The notes beneath the pieces are model-generated. The model was not told the origin of the DNA, did not search any database, and saw only the letters and a list, made by a program, of their open reading frames with translations. This document shows, piece by piece, positions 1 to 8,968 of a stretch of DNA of 57,197 nucleotides. Numbering within the stretch: position 1 is the first letter of the stretch; every line of letters starts with the position of its first letter. Source of the stretch: Methanobacteriota archaeon (GTDB lineage Archaea; Thermoplasmatota; Poseidoniia; Poseidoniales; Poseidoniaceae); the NCBI GenBank assembly GCA_004195515.1, contig PSPR01000008.1, positions 1 through 57,197 on the forward strand, given 5' to 3'. Made by a program: the position numbers and the translations under genes.

Positions 1-176
1 CCACTAATTTCTCTTTGGGTATCATCGCCACTTTGTTGAGCGTTTTGCTGAAGTTTTTCACCGGTTTGAATGATAACAGCAGAAGCAACTGCTGCAACTA
101 AAATCAGAGCAATGAAAACGATCATTGCACCGATTCCGATAGAACCTTCTTCATTATTGAAATTATTATCTTGCAT
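1..176 (-). CDS. flaB: Archaellin (archaeal flagellin), 5' part only; the gene runs off the left edge of the window
   Basis: Reverse-strand ATG at 174-176. My translation is MQDNNFNNEEGSIGIGAMIVFIALILVAAVASAVIIQTGEKLQQNAQQSGDDTQREIS.., i.e. a short class-III signal peptide plus the hydrophobic archaellin N-domain. The start abuts the TGA (177-179) of the upstream paralog, with GGTGG a few nt upstream. The DNA of this N-domain is visibly similar to 631-806. Confidence 0.85.
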   Translation of the reverse strand, partial: MQDNNFNNEEGSIGIGAMIVFIALILVAAVASAVIIQTGEKLQQNAQQSGDDTQREIS

Positions 177-806
177 TCAAACCACCGAATCTCCTTGGGT
201 TTCACTTGTATAACTTAGAGTCTCATAAGTAGATCCTCCAGCCTCAACTGAAATGATGAGTGTGTGTTGTTCATTGATTGTTGGACTGCATTCGTCCAGA
301 GCAACGTCATTTGCATCTGTAGGTAAATCAATCATATAGACGACACCGGGATTTATTGTACCGTCAGCCGCATCATTTCTGACACCATCTGCTGTTCTTG
401 TATCCAACAATGTATTAGCGTTATTGAATGTGCCAAAAACGGTTTGGATGGCAGGGGTTGGTGCACCATCATCACAGATGATGGTCCATGTAACTTGGCT
501 TTCGGTCAATGGTTCACTGCCGGGGGCTAACTCATAGACAACCGTCACACAAGTATTGGTTGCTCCAGTTCCATCGCAATCACTTTGGTCGCCGACCCAA
601 CTGGTGATGATGGAAATTTTTCCACCTATCTCTTGTTGGGTATCGGTCCCTGTCTGTTGCGCGTTTTGCTGTAATTTTTCACCCGTTTGGATGATGACAG
701 CTGATGCCACGGCTGCTACCAGAATTAGCGCAATGAATACAATCATTGCCCCGATTCCAATAGAACCTAATTCGTTCTCATTTTCGTTCATATATTTTTT
801 TTGCAT
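177..806 (-). CDS. flaB: Archaellin (archaeal flagellin), full length, about 209 aa
   Basis: ORF 177..878. The preferred ATG is at 804-806, preceded by AGAGGTGA; an alternative ATG ends at 791. N-terminus MQKKYMNENENELG|SIGIGAMIVFIALILVAAVASAVIIQTGEKLQQNAQQTGTDTQQEI matches the conserved archaellin prepilin-like N-terminus. The rest is Thr/Asp/Gly-rich, typical of the variable outer domain. Confidence 0.9.
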   Translation of the reverse strand: MQKKYMNENENELGSIGIGAMIVFIALILVAAVASAVIIQTGEKLQQNAQQTGTDTQQEIGGKISIITSWVGDQSDCDGTGATNTCVTVVYELAPGSEPLTESQVTWTIICDDGAPTPAIQTVFGTFNNANTLLDTRTADGVRNDAADGTINPGVVYMIDLPTDANDVALDECSPTINEQHTLIISVEAGGSTYETLSYTSETQGDSVV

Positions 807-880
807 TTGGTTTTCACCTCTTTTTCGTATCTCTACAATCCTCCCTTTTGGCGTCAACCGCCTGCAAGGTGGGAACATGA

Positions 881-1885
881 TTAGGCGGGGGTTTCACCTC
901 CCTCGCCCATGTCGATCGACAATGGCATTTTCACCACAGCGACCTCATCCGGTGCAAGCCTTTCCAACATAGGTAAGGCTCCACTAGTATATCCTGGTGG
1001 TAACCAGGGTTGGAGTATTACATCACGCAGAGTTTCCATACTGCGGTTTTGAGCACGAATCATCACTTCTACCTTGCCAGCACGAACATCGTACCCGGTT
1101 TGAATCGCAAGTTTTCTCGATAGAGGGATTTCTTCGAGCGAGAATCTTTGACCAGGTTTGATTTCGAATCTAACCGGTAAAAATCCTCCTGGTCTGATTG
1201 CTGGCACATCGATGAATGCTGGATTTGCTTCCCAACCTGCGGGCAGCGGAGGTTCTAATCTCAATTCAGGCAGTGGTCGGTCGCCATCATTTACGATTCG
1301 GACCATCATGACTCCTGAATCGCCACCAGCGGGCCAGCGGGAATCTACGCCCAACCAGAAAGAACGGAATAAGAATGGATTCAAGGCTGTAGCTGAATCA
1401 ACCACGAGGTCTGTGATCAATAATTCGACTTCGGCCGATGCGTGGCCAACCTCGCCAATCTCGGCTGCACTCGTAGCGTTTCTCAAGCGACGTAAGATGA
1501 TTTCAACCTCTGCTTCAGCGATGGTTTTCTCTTTGAGAAGCATGTGAAGCATGGCAATATTTCGACGAAGTTCTACAACATCTCCTTCTAATGTATTGAG
1601 GGCTTTTTCGGCTTTTCGGACCGATTTACGAGCACTAAACAAGTTATGGTTTTCTAGGTTTGTTCTCGCTTCTGCAATATCATATTCAGTCGCGGTCATC
1701 GAGGATTCACCAGTTGTTACACCGAAAACCAAGTGCTCGATCTCCTTACTTGCTTTCATCAATTTATCAGCGCTAACTTGCGATTCTCGAATAACAGACC
1801 GTGCATCGGTAATATCCTTCGAGGAGACGATGGTCTCGGTTGGAATAGCATCGATTTGAGAAGACTGTTCTGATTCATCAGGCAT
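881..1885 (-). CDS. Hypothetical protein: N-terminal coiled-coil-like region plus a C-terminal CARDB/NEW3-like beta-sandwich; no signal peptide seen
   Basis: ATG at 1883-1885 with GGAGGTGGA (reverse complement of 1891-1899) 5 nt upstream. It overlaps the stop of the giant upstream gene by 8 nt. The charged heptad-like stretch reads ..RKSVRKAEKALNTLEGDVVELRRNIAMLHMLLKEK... The C-terminus MVRIVNDGDRPLPELRLEPPLPAGWEANPAFIDVPAIRPGGFLPVRFEIKPGQ has the N-x-G ... P-x-GW pattern of CARDB/NEW3-type domains. Confidence 0.6.
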   Translation of the reverse strand: MPDESEQSSQIDAIPTETIVSSKDITDARSVIRESQVSADKLMKASKEIEHLVFGVTTGESSMTATEYDIAEARTNLENHNLFSARKSVRKAEKALNTLEGDVVELRRNIAMLHMLLKEKTIAEAEVEIILRRLRNATSAAEIGEVGHASAEVELLITDLVVDSATALNPFLFRSFWLGVDSRWPAGGDSGVMMVRIVNDGDRPLPELRLEPPLPAGWEANPAFIDVPAIRPGGFLPVRFEIKPGQRFSLEEIPLSRKLAIQTGYDVRAGKVEVMIRAQNRSMETLRDVILQPWLPPGYTSGALPMLERLAPDEVAVVKMPLSIDMGEGGETPA

Positions 1886-4800
1886 CGGATTCCACCTCCT
1901 CTTCCAATAATGAATTCATCTCATCATCCCAAGCATTGACTTCTTCTGTGCTGGAATCTCCACTCGCCATAATTGTTGGGGTTGCCGGTTGTAGAATTAC
2001 AGATAAATCGATTCCGTCACTTGCTAATTCAGTCAATAAGCGAGCCGGATCACCGAGATCTCTTTCGATTCGACCAGATTTGACCTCTACGTCGGTTAGG
2101 CGACCATATAATCCACCATACATTCGATTGGCTTTCCATATCAATACTAATACACCTAGGATTACCACTCCGAGATAGGCCAGAATTGATATCAAATTGG
2201 ATGATTCTGGGTTTACTTTTGGAGGGAATCCAAGAATAACTGCCATCATACCTAAAATTGGCATTGCTAGAATGATTGATAATTGTCTTTTTGCGTTGGT
2301 AAGTACATCGAAATGGTTACTGTAAAGAGTAGATATCCCTTTACGAGCTCTTTGATAATCTTCGTGGATAAGTTGGAATTCGATGGTTGAACGCCAGGTC
2401 ATTGACCAAACCCAACCTGCTGCGAATAACAACACAACTGGGCCCCACCATACCATTTCTTGCAAGTGAAAAGCAAAACCTAGGGCCATAACACCACAAT
2501 ATGTTGCTGCTAACCTGAACTTGTCGTTTTGTCCGACCAATCGCAATAATGCGATCGAGGCACCGATCAACACCAAGGTTGAAATGAATGAAACAGTAAC
2601 TCCTGGTGACCAAGATTCAACCTTGCCTTCAATAGTGAGTGGTTCGTTGACGATCGGAGATAAATCGTAGGCAATTGCGGTTAGGGTTGCGTTACAAGTT
2701 ACATCTTGGTCTTGGGTCCACCAATCCAAATTATCAGTGGTGACCGCCCAATACAGATCAATCTCCGTTGCGGGCTCCATGAATGGAACCGATTGAATTG
2801 AATCTTCGACCGTGACTCCATCACAAACCAAATTTGCTTTTAGCATCAATGCGACCGCGGTTCCATCATTACGAAGAGTAGCGGTTATCGAAGTATCCAT
2901 GCCTTCGTGTAGTGGATCGGCTGAGAATTTAAGATCCTTTAGAATTGGTTCTGAATATGTATCGAAGAAAAATGAGAAATTAGCTTCGGTAAATTCGGTG
3001 AAACTATCATGGTCGTCAGGATGATAAAGTCTGAAGGTTAAATCATAACCATCATTTCTCAAAATAAAGGGGCTATCCGGAGAATCGATAATTAAATTTA
3101 GTGGATTATCAATTACCCAACTCGCCCTTGCTGGCAGTGCTATTACATTGTGAACGCCTCCTGAATCACAATCGTTAGAAAGATCCAATTCAGTAGTTTC
3201 GCCACCGAGGTCAAGTGCAAAGCCCCAAGCGAAATCGATCTCACTCAAACCTAATGAACTAAGATTAGTGTTTCGATTAGCACCACATAATTCGATTAGA
3301 TAGGATACTACAGTATCGGCGCCTTCAGGAATGTGCGACCAAGTTATTGAACGAGTTAAGTTTGAATTATCCTCGTTGGGTTCGAGTGGATAATCTTCGC
3401 GAGAGAAGAATCTCGACATTTTTAATTGAGTTTCCAATACCGATGTCCCTGTAACATTTGAGTCCAATGGTGACATTTGAACCCTCAATAATGCTTCGAG
3501 ATGAACATCTGGCTCAAAATCCATCGCATCGACGGAAAAGAATAGGGATACTGGCTGGCCTTGGGGCAATACCAATTGAGTTGGCTCACCGACGACTTCC
3601 CATGAAGTGGAAGGTACGCTAAGACCTGGCTTTAGCACATAATAAAGCAGGGAAACCGTTACGTCTTTGTTGCCGGTATTGGTTACTGTAGTTCGCCAAT
3701 CACGACTGTCTTGGCGCCAGAAGAATTGTTCTTCTGGCCAATCTGCAACATCGACCGTAAATAATGGTGCTACTTTGAGCAGAATTGTTCTAGCGCTCAA
3801 GAAAGCACCATTTCCGGAGTGGTATAATGAGATTGTCACATTATGAATATCCCCATTTTGAAGTGAATGGTTACCACCTATCGCAGGCACGACGATGGTC
3901 AAATCATTGGTCAGACTTCCATCGATTGGCAATATTACAGCACTTTGTTCAAACGAAGTTGCCCAATCACCTTCAACAAATGCAGTTACTGTGAGATTTT
4001 CCTCAACATTGCCATTATTCCTAAATTCGATCGAAATAGTTTCATTCACCCCAGGTATTACCTCGATGAGAGGTTCTACCATGATGTCCAAGTGGTGATC
4101 GGCACTAACATTTGCAACGATTGCAACCGAGAGGTTCATCCCACCCGGAGCGCTTACCCACATGGTAACCATATGTAGCGCATCTGCGCTTGCATCGATA
4201 TCTGGGCGTAGCCTAACTTTAATCGATTCTGAATAACCTGGTGCCACCAATAATTCCGTTGCTGATTCAATGGTGAATTCAACCTCATTTGCGGCGCTAT
4301 TATCCATCCAAAGGCTAAATGTAGTCGCTACATTTCCTGTGTTATTGATATACACTCTAGTGAGTGGGGTTTCGAATGGTGAAAGATCAATGGTTTGATT
4401 GGTTGGGTATAATTCGAAATTTTCAGATTCTTCAACTCGTATCAACAATGTCTTGAGACTTAGCAATTCGCCGGTCAAGCCATCTTCCACTCGTATAGTC
4501 AACTCTTGGAAGGTATCCGCAGGTGCTTGAGGGTCGGTGGTAACACCCAAAGTGAGGTTGGTAATATGAGAATTACCTGTCACTGGATGATCACTCATCG
4601 AAGGTGATAAATTCGAAACAAAATTACTACTAATATTTGTTGTAAGACTAGCCGACCAAAGTAGTGGTAAGTCATCTACGATAACCATTCGATAAGTCGC
4701 GAGAGAGTTCCCGGTATTGGCCAATTTTAGGGTGAAATTGGTAAGATTACCCGGATCTGCATCTAGGATTTCATCGGTGATAATTTCACCTTGAGTCACA

Positions 4801-6698
4801 GAAGGAATTACGATTGTGATATTTCTAGTAACGGCACTTGCAAGAACACCACTTGATTGCTGAGCAACTGTAAGAGTAGGTGTGGCTGTAACTGGGACGA
4901 CTAATTCGCCTGCAAGTGGCATTTCATCGCCAGGGCCATCTATTGCAAGCCATGATTGGAATATTTGACCAATTACAAGAGAATTCACCGAAGCGGGTGT
5001 TGCATTCGCACCCCAGCGGACCGCTTCATTAATTCCACCAGAATCGGCCGGTGTGAAAACGGGTGTACCAACCGTTACATTTGCATCGACTCCTCCCGGA
5101 ATTGCTGCACCGAGATTATGTCTTACCTCGACCGATAAAGAAAGGATTCTATCAACTCCTCCAGAGCCATTTCCTTGAATTACTTCCTCCTCGGTCAAGA
5201 CTATCAATTCGGTTTCTGGTCCAGGATCGATCGAGATTACCGAGCGGATTATCAATTGAGTCGAATTAAGTGAAGGCACGCCACCATCACTTGGAAGAGC
5301 TTGGAGCCAAGCTGTAATACTATCACCAGCAGAATTTCTTTCCCCGGGGTCGAGCGGTGATGATATCGGTGCAGGTGTGACCAATACCGCGATGGTGACG
5401 TTTTCACCGGCAGGAATTACATCTGTTGAAGAAGAGGAGGCTTCAACTATCCAATTATCTGCCGAAACCGATAAGCCGGTTATTATTAAGAAGGCAGAAG
5501 GTACATTTCCTGAGTTTTCCACAGTAAAGAGGAGTGTTGTTGTTTGGGCAGGGGTTACCGTTACAGGACCTGTTGGTGCAATTACGGTAGCTTGGAATTG
5601 GTCACCGACCATCACATGACCAGCGCTTCTGGCGGTATATGTGTCGGGCCCTTGAGATGTAAGATTCAAATATACATTTTCAAGGGTTGGTTTTACAGCA
5701 TTTGCAGGTACATCTACAGAGACTACAATAGTAGAAGAATAATTAGCAGTTAAAGAAATGGTCGTTCCATCCAACGTTCCATCGTGCCAGCCTTGATCGC
5801 TCCCTAATTCAATAGTAAAATCATCAGCCATCCCAAGATTGTTTACAACCCAGGTCAAGGTGGTAGTGGTGCCAGGTTCAATAGCCCGGTCTCCAGGAGG
5901 AGACAAATCAATGATATAATCTGAGAAAGTCACCGTCTCTACGCTCGATACAATTGTATTTGACCAAGATGATCCATTGAAATGAACTTTGGTTGCTAAA
6001 GTCCAAGATCCAATTAATAATGTAGCATCAAAAGACACCAATAAACTAGACCCCGCGGCGGTATTCAATAAATTCCCAGGTTGAAGGATTTCGGTATTTG
6101 ACCAAAACGACATCATATTTGTCGGGTCGCCGACATCGCTAAAGTTCAATTCGAACACTCCGCTGATGGGCAACACTCCATCATTTCGAACGGTTGCATC
6201 GAATGTGTGTATGGAATGATTAAGTCTCAAATCGGTGAAACCATTGGTGGGTCCTGGGACCGAATCGGCGAGAACGATTCCTCTATTGAGGGCTGTAACA
6301 TCGAAATCCAAGCGGTGTTCATCATTTCCTGTATTGGAATCTTCGGTTGAAGACGTACGGGTGAAAAGAGTTTGATCATCACCAGCAGAAGCTGTCCAAT
6401 TAATCAAGACTGGACTAGAAGAACTAGATGCTGAAATAACTCCCAAATCAATCGAAGTTACTTGAGACTCAGTAGAACTAGGAGAGGCCAAATGAACTAA
6501 ATTCAAAGTTACCGGGCCGGCTACCGGTCCTTGATTTTCAACGACAACACGAATCACATGATTGCCTGGTGCTAATTTTATTTGTCCTGCATCATCGATA
6601 GAACCACCTGCTGAGAGGGTCATAACCGAGACTGCGGGTACGACCGCTTGTAAGAACAGGACTAAAATTAGCCCGATTGCCAAGTTTCTCTCACGCAC
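1878..6698 (-). CDS. Giant (1606 aa) surface protein: signal peptide, at least 9 CARDB/NEW3-like Ig-fold modules, C-terminal 5-TM module and an acidic cytoplasmic tail
   Basis: GTG start at 6696-6698 overlaps the stop of the 167-aa ORF (GTGCGTGA). The next in-frame Met would delete the signal peptide (MRERNLAIGLILVLFLQAVVPAVSV). Recurrent module signatures: VENQGPVAG, VRNDGVLPISG, VNNLGMADD, VENSGNVPSAF, LANTGNSLATY, INNTGNVATTF, FRNNGNVEENL, VTNTGNKDVTV, LRNDGTAVAL. The last 240 aa contain five hydrophobic spans and then an ..EEVNAWDDEMNSLLEEEVESDA tail. There are many N-x-S/T sequons. Confidence 0.8.
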   Translation of the reverse strand: MRERNLAIGLILVLFLQAVVPAVSVMTLSAGGSIDDAGQIKLAPGNHVIRVVVENQGPVAGPVTLNLVHLASPSSTESQVTSIDLGVISASSSSSPVLINWTASAGDDQTLFTRTSSTEDSNTGNDEHRLDFDVTALNRGIVLADSVPGPTNGFTDLRLNHSIHTFDATVRNDGVLPISGVFELNFSDVGDPTNMMSFWSNTEILQPGNLLNTAAGSSLLVSFDATLLIGSWTLATKVHFNGSSWSNTIVSSVETVTFSDYIIDLSPPGDRAIEPGTTTTLTWVVNNLGMADDFTIELGSDQGWHDGTLDGTTISLTANYSSTIVVSVDVPANAVKPTLENVYLNLTSQGPDTYTARSAGHVMVGDQFQATVIAPTGPVTVTPAQTTTLLFTVENSGNVPSAFLIITGLSVSADNWIVEASSSSTDVIPAGENVTIAVLVTPAPISSPLDPGERNSAGDSITAWLQALPSDGGVPSLNSTQLIIRSVISIDPGPETELIVLTEEEVIQGNGSGGVDRILSLSVEVRHNLGAAIPGGVDANVTVGTPVFTPADSGGINEAVRWGANATPASVNSLVIGQIFQSWLAIDGPGDEMPLAGELVVPVTATPTLTVAQQSSGVLASAVTRNITIVIPSVTQGEIITDEILDADPGNLTNFTLKLANTGNSLATYRMVIVDDLPLLWSASLTTNISSNFVSNLSPSMSDHPVTGNSHITNLTLGVTTDPQAPADTFQELTIRVEDGLTGELLSLKTLLIRVEESENFELYPTNQTIDLSPFETPLTRVYINNTGNVATTFSLWMDNSAANEVEFTIESATELLVAPGYSESIKVRLRPDIDASADALHMVTMWVSAPGGMNLSVAIVANVSADHHLDIMVEPLIEVIPGVNETISIEFRNNGNVEENLTVTAFVEGDWATSFEQSAVILPIDGSLTNDLTIVVPAIGGNHSLQNGDIHNVTISLYHSGNGAFLSARTILLKVAPLFTVDVADWPEEQFFWRQDSRDWRTTVTNTGNKDVTVSLLYYVLKPGLSVPSTSWEVVGEPTQLVLPQGQPVSLFFSVDAMDFEPDVHLEALLRVQMSPLDSNVTGTSVLETQLKMSRFFSREDYPLEPNEDNSNLTRSITWSHIPEGADTVVSYLIELCGANRNTNLSSLGLSEIDFAWGFALDLGGETTELDLSNDCDSGGVHNVIALPARASWVIDNPLNLIIDSPDSPFILRNDGYDLTFRLYHPDDHDSFTEFTEANFSFFFDTYSEPILKDLKFSADPLHEGMDTSITATLRNDGTAVALMLKANLVCDGVTVEDSIQSVPFMEPATEIDLYWAVTTDNLDWWTQDQDVTCNATLTAIAYDLSPIVNEPLTIEGKVESWSPGVTVSFISTLVLIGASIALLRLVGQNDKFRLAATYCGVMALGFAFHLQEMVWWGPVVLLFAAGWVWSMTWRSTIEFQLIHEDYQRARKGISTLYSNHFDVLTNAKRQLSIILAMPILGMMAVILGFPPKVNPESSNLISILAYLGVVILGVLVLIWKANRMYGGLYGRLTDVEVKSGRIERDLGDPARLLTELASDGIDLSVILQPATPTIMASGDSSTEEVNAWDDEMNSLLEEEVESDA

Positions 6699-7194
6699 CG
6701 GCCATCCCCCTTTTGAAGCGATGGATGTTTACACTCTTTCCTTGACGAGTCCAAGCAGCAAGTAATTGTTCAAGCAATCGATTGTGTATGTCTTCACTTA
6801 GACCCAACCTTCGCCTCTCCTCCCAGAGAAGCATTTGTTCGGTAATTGTAAGAACGCCATCTTTGAGATATAACTCTAGAGTTCTGCGGTAAGAATCCCT
6901 ATCTGAAACAGCATAAATTATTTCATCACCAGGAAGGTCGTCGGCCCGGTCCTGCAATATGTTTCCAAGAGTCATGGCTTCATCGTATGAGAGGTTTCTA
7001 CGATCCATATCCGATTGAATCGAAGAAGCGATAGATTGGAGGTCGTATCGCACATTGGCTTTATGAATCTGACGCAGATATCGCCGGCATCTCCGGGACA
7101 TGCGTTCGACCGCCATACCTTCGGTTGAAGTCTGAAGGACTATAAGGCCATCGCCGACAAGGGCCTCTTTTATGCAATTTAAATCAAGAGTCAT
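6691..7194 (-). CDS. Hypothetical cytoplasmic protein (167 aa), family not recognised
   Basis: ATG at 7192-7194. The stop overlaps the GTG start of the giant gene by 8 nt, so the two are probably translationally coupled. No TM segment or signal peptide. The C-terminal helical segment ..YLKDGVLTITEQMLLWEERRRLGLSEDIHNRLLEQL.. is vaguely TerB/DjlA-N-like; this is a weak impression only. Confidence 0.5.
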   Translation of the reverse strand: MTLDLNCIKEALVGDGLIVLQTSTEGMAVERMSRRCRRYLRQIHKANVRYDLQSIASSIQSDMDRRNLSYDEAMTLGNILQDRADDLPGDEIIYAVSDRDSYRRTLELYLKDGVLTITEQMLLWEERRRLGLSEDIHNRLLEQLLAAWTRQGKSVNIHRFKRGMAGA

Positions 7195-7282
7195 CCGGAG
7201 TGCATAAATAGCCCTCTGCGCCGAAATTTACATCAAATATGCCATACAAAGAGTTGATTTGCAACATGATAGTAGCACATAC

Positions 7283-7768
7283 ATGACCGAAGTTATTTCC
7301 TTGGAACTTGGCCAAAGCGCCCCAGCATTTTCAACCTTGGATAGTAAAGCTATTTCCCATAATTCAAATGAAATTCTCGAGTCTGGAAAGAAAATTATTC
7401 TATATTTTTACCCGCGTGATTCAACACCAGGTTGTACCACACAAGCGTGTGATTTTCGTGATGATTTATCAAGGTTTGAGTCCAAGGGCTATGCCGTATT
7501 CGGCGTATCTAAAGACTCGGAAAAAAGCCATGAAAAATTCATTACCAACCAAGAATTGAATTTCCCATTATTGATGGATGAAGATGGAAGTCTTCACGAT
7601 GCTTTTGGTACTTGGAGAAAAAAGATGAATTACGGCCGTGAGTACATGGGTTGTGCCAGATCTACATTCGTCATCGACACCGATGGAAAATTGATTTTTG
7701 CACGCTATAATGTCAAAGCAAAAGGGCACGTTGCTATGCTCGCACGCGAGTTGGGAATCGATGGATGA
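7283..7768 (+). CDS. bcp: Peroxiredoxin, Bcp-type (thiol peroxidase)
   Basis: YFYPRDSTPGCTTQACDFRD carries the peroxidatic Cys and a resolving Cys five residues later. The downstream GVSKDS..H.KF..K..L.FPLL.D pattern is Bcp/AhpC-TSA-like. The ORF-track start at 7259 is TTG; the first ATG is at 7283. Confidence 0.85.
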   Translation: MTEVISLELGQSAPAFSTLDSKAISHNSNEILESGKKIILYFYPRDSTPGCTTQACDFRDDLSRFESKGYAVFGVSKDSEKSHEKFITNQELNFPLLMDEDGSLHDAFGTWRKKMNYGREYMGCARSTFVIDTDGKLIFARYNVKAKGHVAMLARELGIDG

Positions 7769-8234
7769 GTTAGCCGGTCGAAAAATTGAGTTACCCTGCG
7801 GCGCAATCGCTTGGTGGCCTTGTCATGTAGCAACCCAAACGATTGGAGTTGGCACAGTAATAGGAGCGCTTGCTCATATCGGCAGAGATGTCGTCATCGG
7901 AGACAATTGTCGAATTCAAGGTACTGCGTACATCGCAGATAAAACTCAAATCGGTTCTGAAGTATTTATTGGGCCCGGAGCGGTCATCACCAATGACCGC
8001 CATCCCCCATCGAATGGGAGATGGTCACCTATCATGGTCGCAGATAAAGCAATAATAGGCGCAAATGCAACATTAGTTGCTGGAATTAGAATTGGCGAGG
8101 GCAGCGTGGTAGCTGCCGGAGCAGTTGTCACAAAAGACGTCCCCCCCAACGAAGTTTGGGGCGGCAATCCAGCAAAATTTCTGATGGGCAAATCAGCAAA
8201 AAAGCAATCATCGACTTTTTACAGAAGTGTGTAG
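7761..8234 (+). CDS. Left-handed beta-helix (hexapeptide-repeat) sugar acetyltransferase
   Basis: Hexapeptide repeats IGDNCRIQGTAYIADKTQIGSEVFIGPGAVITND...IIGANATLVAGIRIGEGSVVAAGAVVTKDVPPNEVWGGNPAKF. ATG 7761 overlaps the bcp stop (ATGGATGA). The longer ORF-track N-terminus lies inside bcp. Confidence 0.8.
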   Translation: MDELAGRKIELPCGAIAWWPCHVATQTIGVGTVIGALAHIGRDVVIGDNCRIQGTAYIADKTQIGSEVFIGPGAVITNDRHPPSNGRWSPIMVADKAIIGANATLVAGIRIGEGSVVAAGAVVTKDVPPNEVWGGNPAKFLMGKSAKKQSSTFYRSV

Positions 8235-8968
8235 ATTATTCCGACGAATCGATCCTACGAAAAATCGAACGTGGCGATTCTGAAGAAATCATTCAACAAT
8301 GGCAAACATATCGGGATTTCACCAACTATTCAATCGATGAATTGAACCAAGGTAAACTCGACGATTGGTTCCAAACAGAACTGAAATTTGCTACTGAAAC
8401 AATAAATATTACTGAATTAGATCATTCTGAAAAAGCAAAGTGGCTATCAGCAATATTGAGCCCAAGACCATTAGCATTGGTCTTAACCAACTCAACCGAA
8501 GGGAAAATGAACCTTGCCCCAATCACTAGTCTAGCAGTCGTCTCCAATAGCCCATCGTTAATCGTGATGTCTCTATCACAAAATCGAGAAGGGCAACATC
8601 GCGATACATATCAAAATATGATTATTACCAAAAAATGCCAATTGCAATTTTTGAATCCAACACTTGAATCTGCAATCGATGCCGATATTTGTGGAACACC
8701 TACCGAAAAAAGTGAATGGGAACTAATCGGAAAACAAGGACCGATTCACCCACTCGCAATCGCAACCTTATCTTGTACTTTATTGGAAGATAACCCTCTA
8801 CCTGAGGGGGCAGTTGCTCGTTTGCTCACTTTAAGAGTAGATGAAATTACTATCCCTGCTGGTACCACTTCCCACCAAGCATTTTCAGTTTTATGCCAGC
8901 ACGGCATCGATACATTGACCCCAAGTCCAAATGATTGGACCTATGTTGCGACCCTTCATAGAAGTTGA
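8156..8968 (+). CDS. Flavin reductase-like FMN-binding domain protein with an extra ~100-aa N-terminal region; start uncertain
   Basis: ..KWLSAILSPRPLALVLTNSTEGKMNLAPITSLAVVSNSPSLIVMSLSQNREGQHRDTYQNM.. matches the flavin-reductase-like (COG1853-type) core. The only start-like codon before the conserved core is TTG 8156, which gives a 79-nt overlap with the acetyltransferase gene. Confidence 0.6.
   Translation: MGRQSSKISDGQISKKAIIDFLQKCVDYSDESILRKIERGDSEEIIQQWQTYRDFTNYSIDELNQGKLDDWFQTELKFATETINITELDHSEKAKWLSAILSPRPLALVLTNSTEGKMNLAPITSLAVVSNSPSLIVMSLSQNREGQHRDTYQNMIITKKCQLQFLNPTLESAIDADICGTPTEKSEWELIGKQGPIHPLAIATLSCTLLEDNPLPEGAVARLLTLRVDEITIPAGTTSHQAFSVLCQHGIDTLTPSPNDWTYVATLHRS

Noticed and set aside
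556-1859. Plus-strand ORFs 556-972, 1158-1547 and 1551-1859 opposite the archaellin and coiled-coil genes
   Set aside because: The opposite-strand genes have strong family signatures or SD-coupled starts. These ORFs have none and would overlap them completely.
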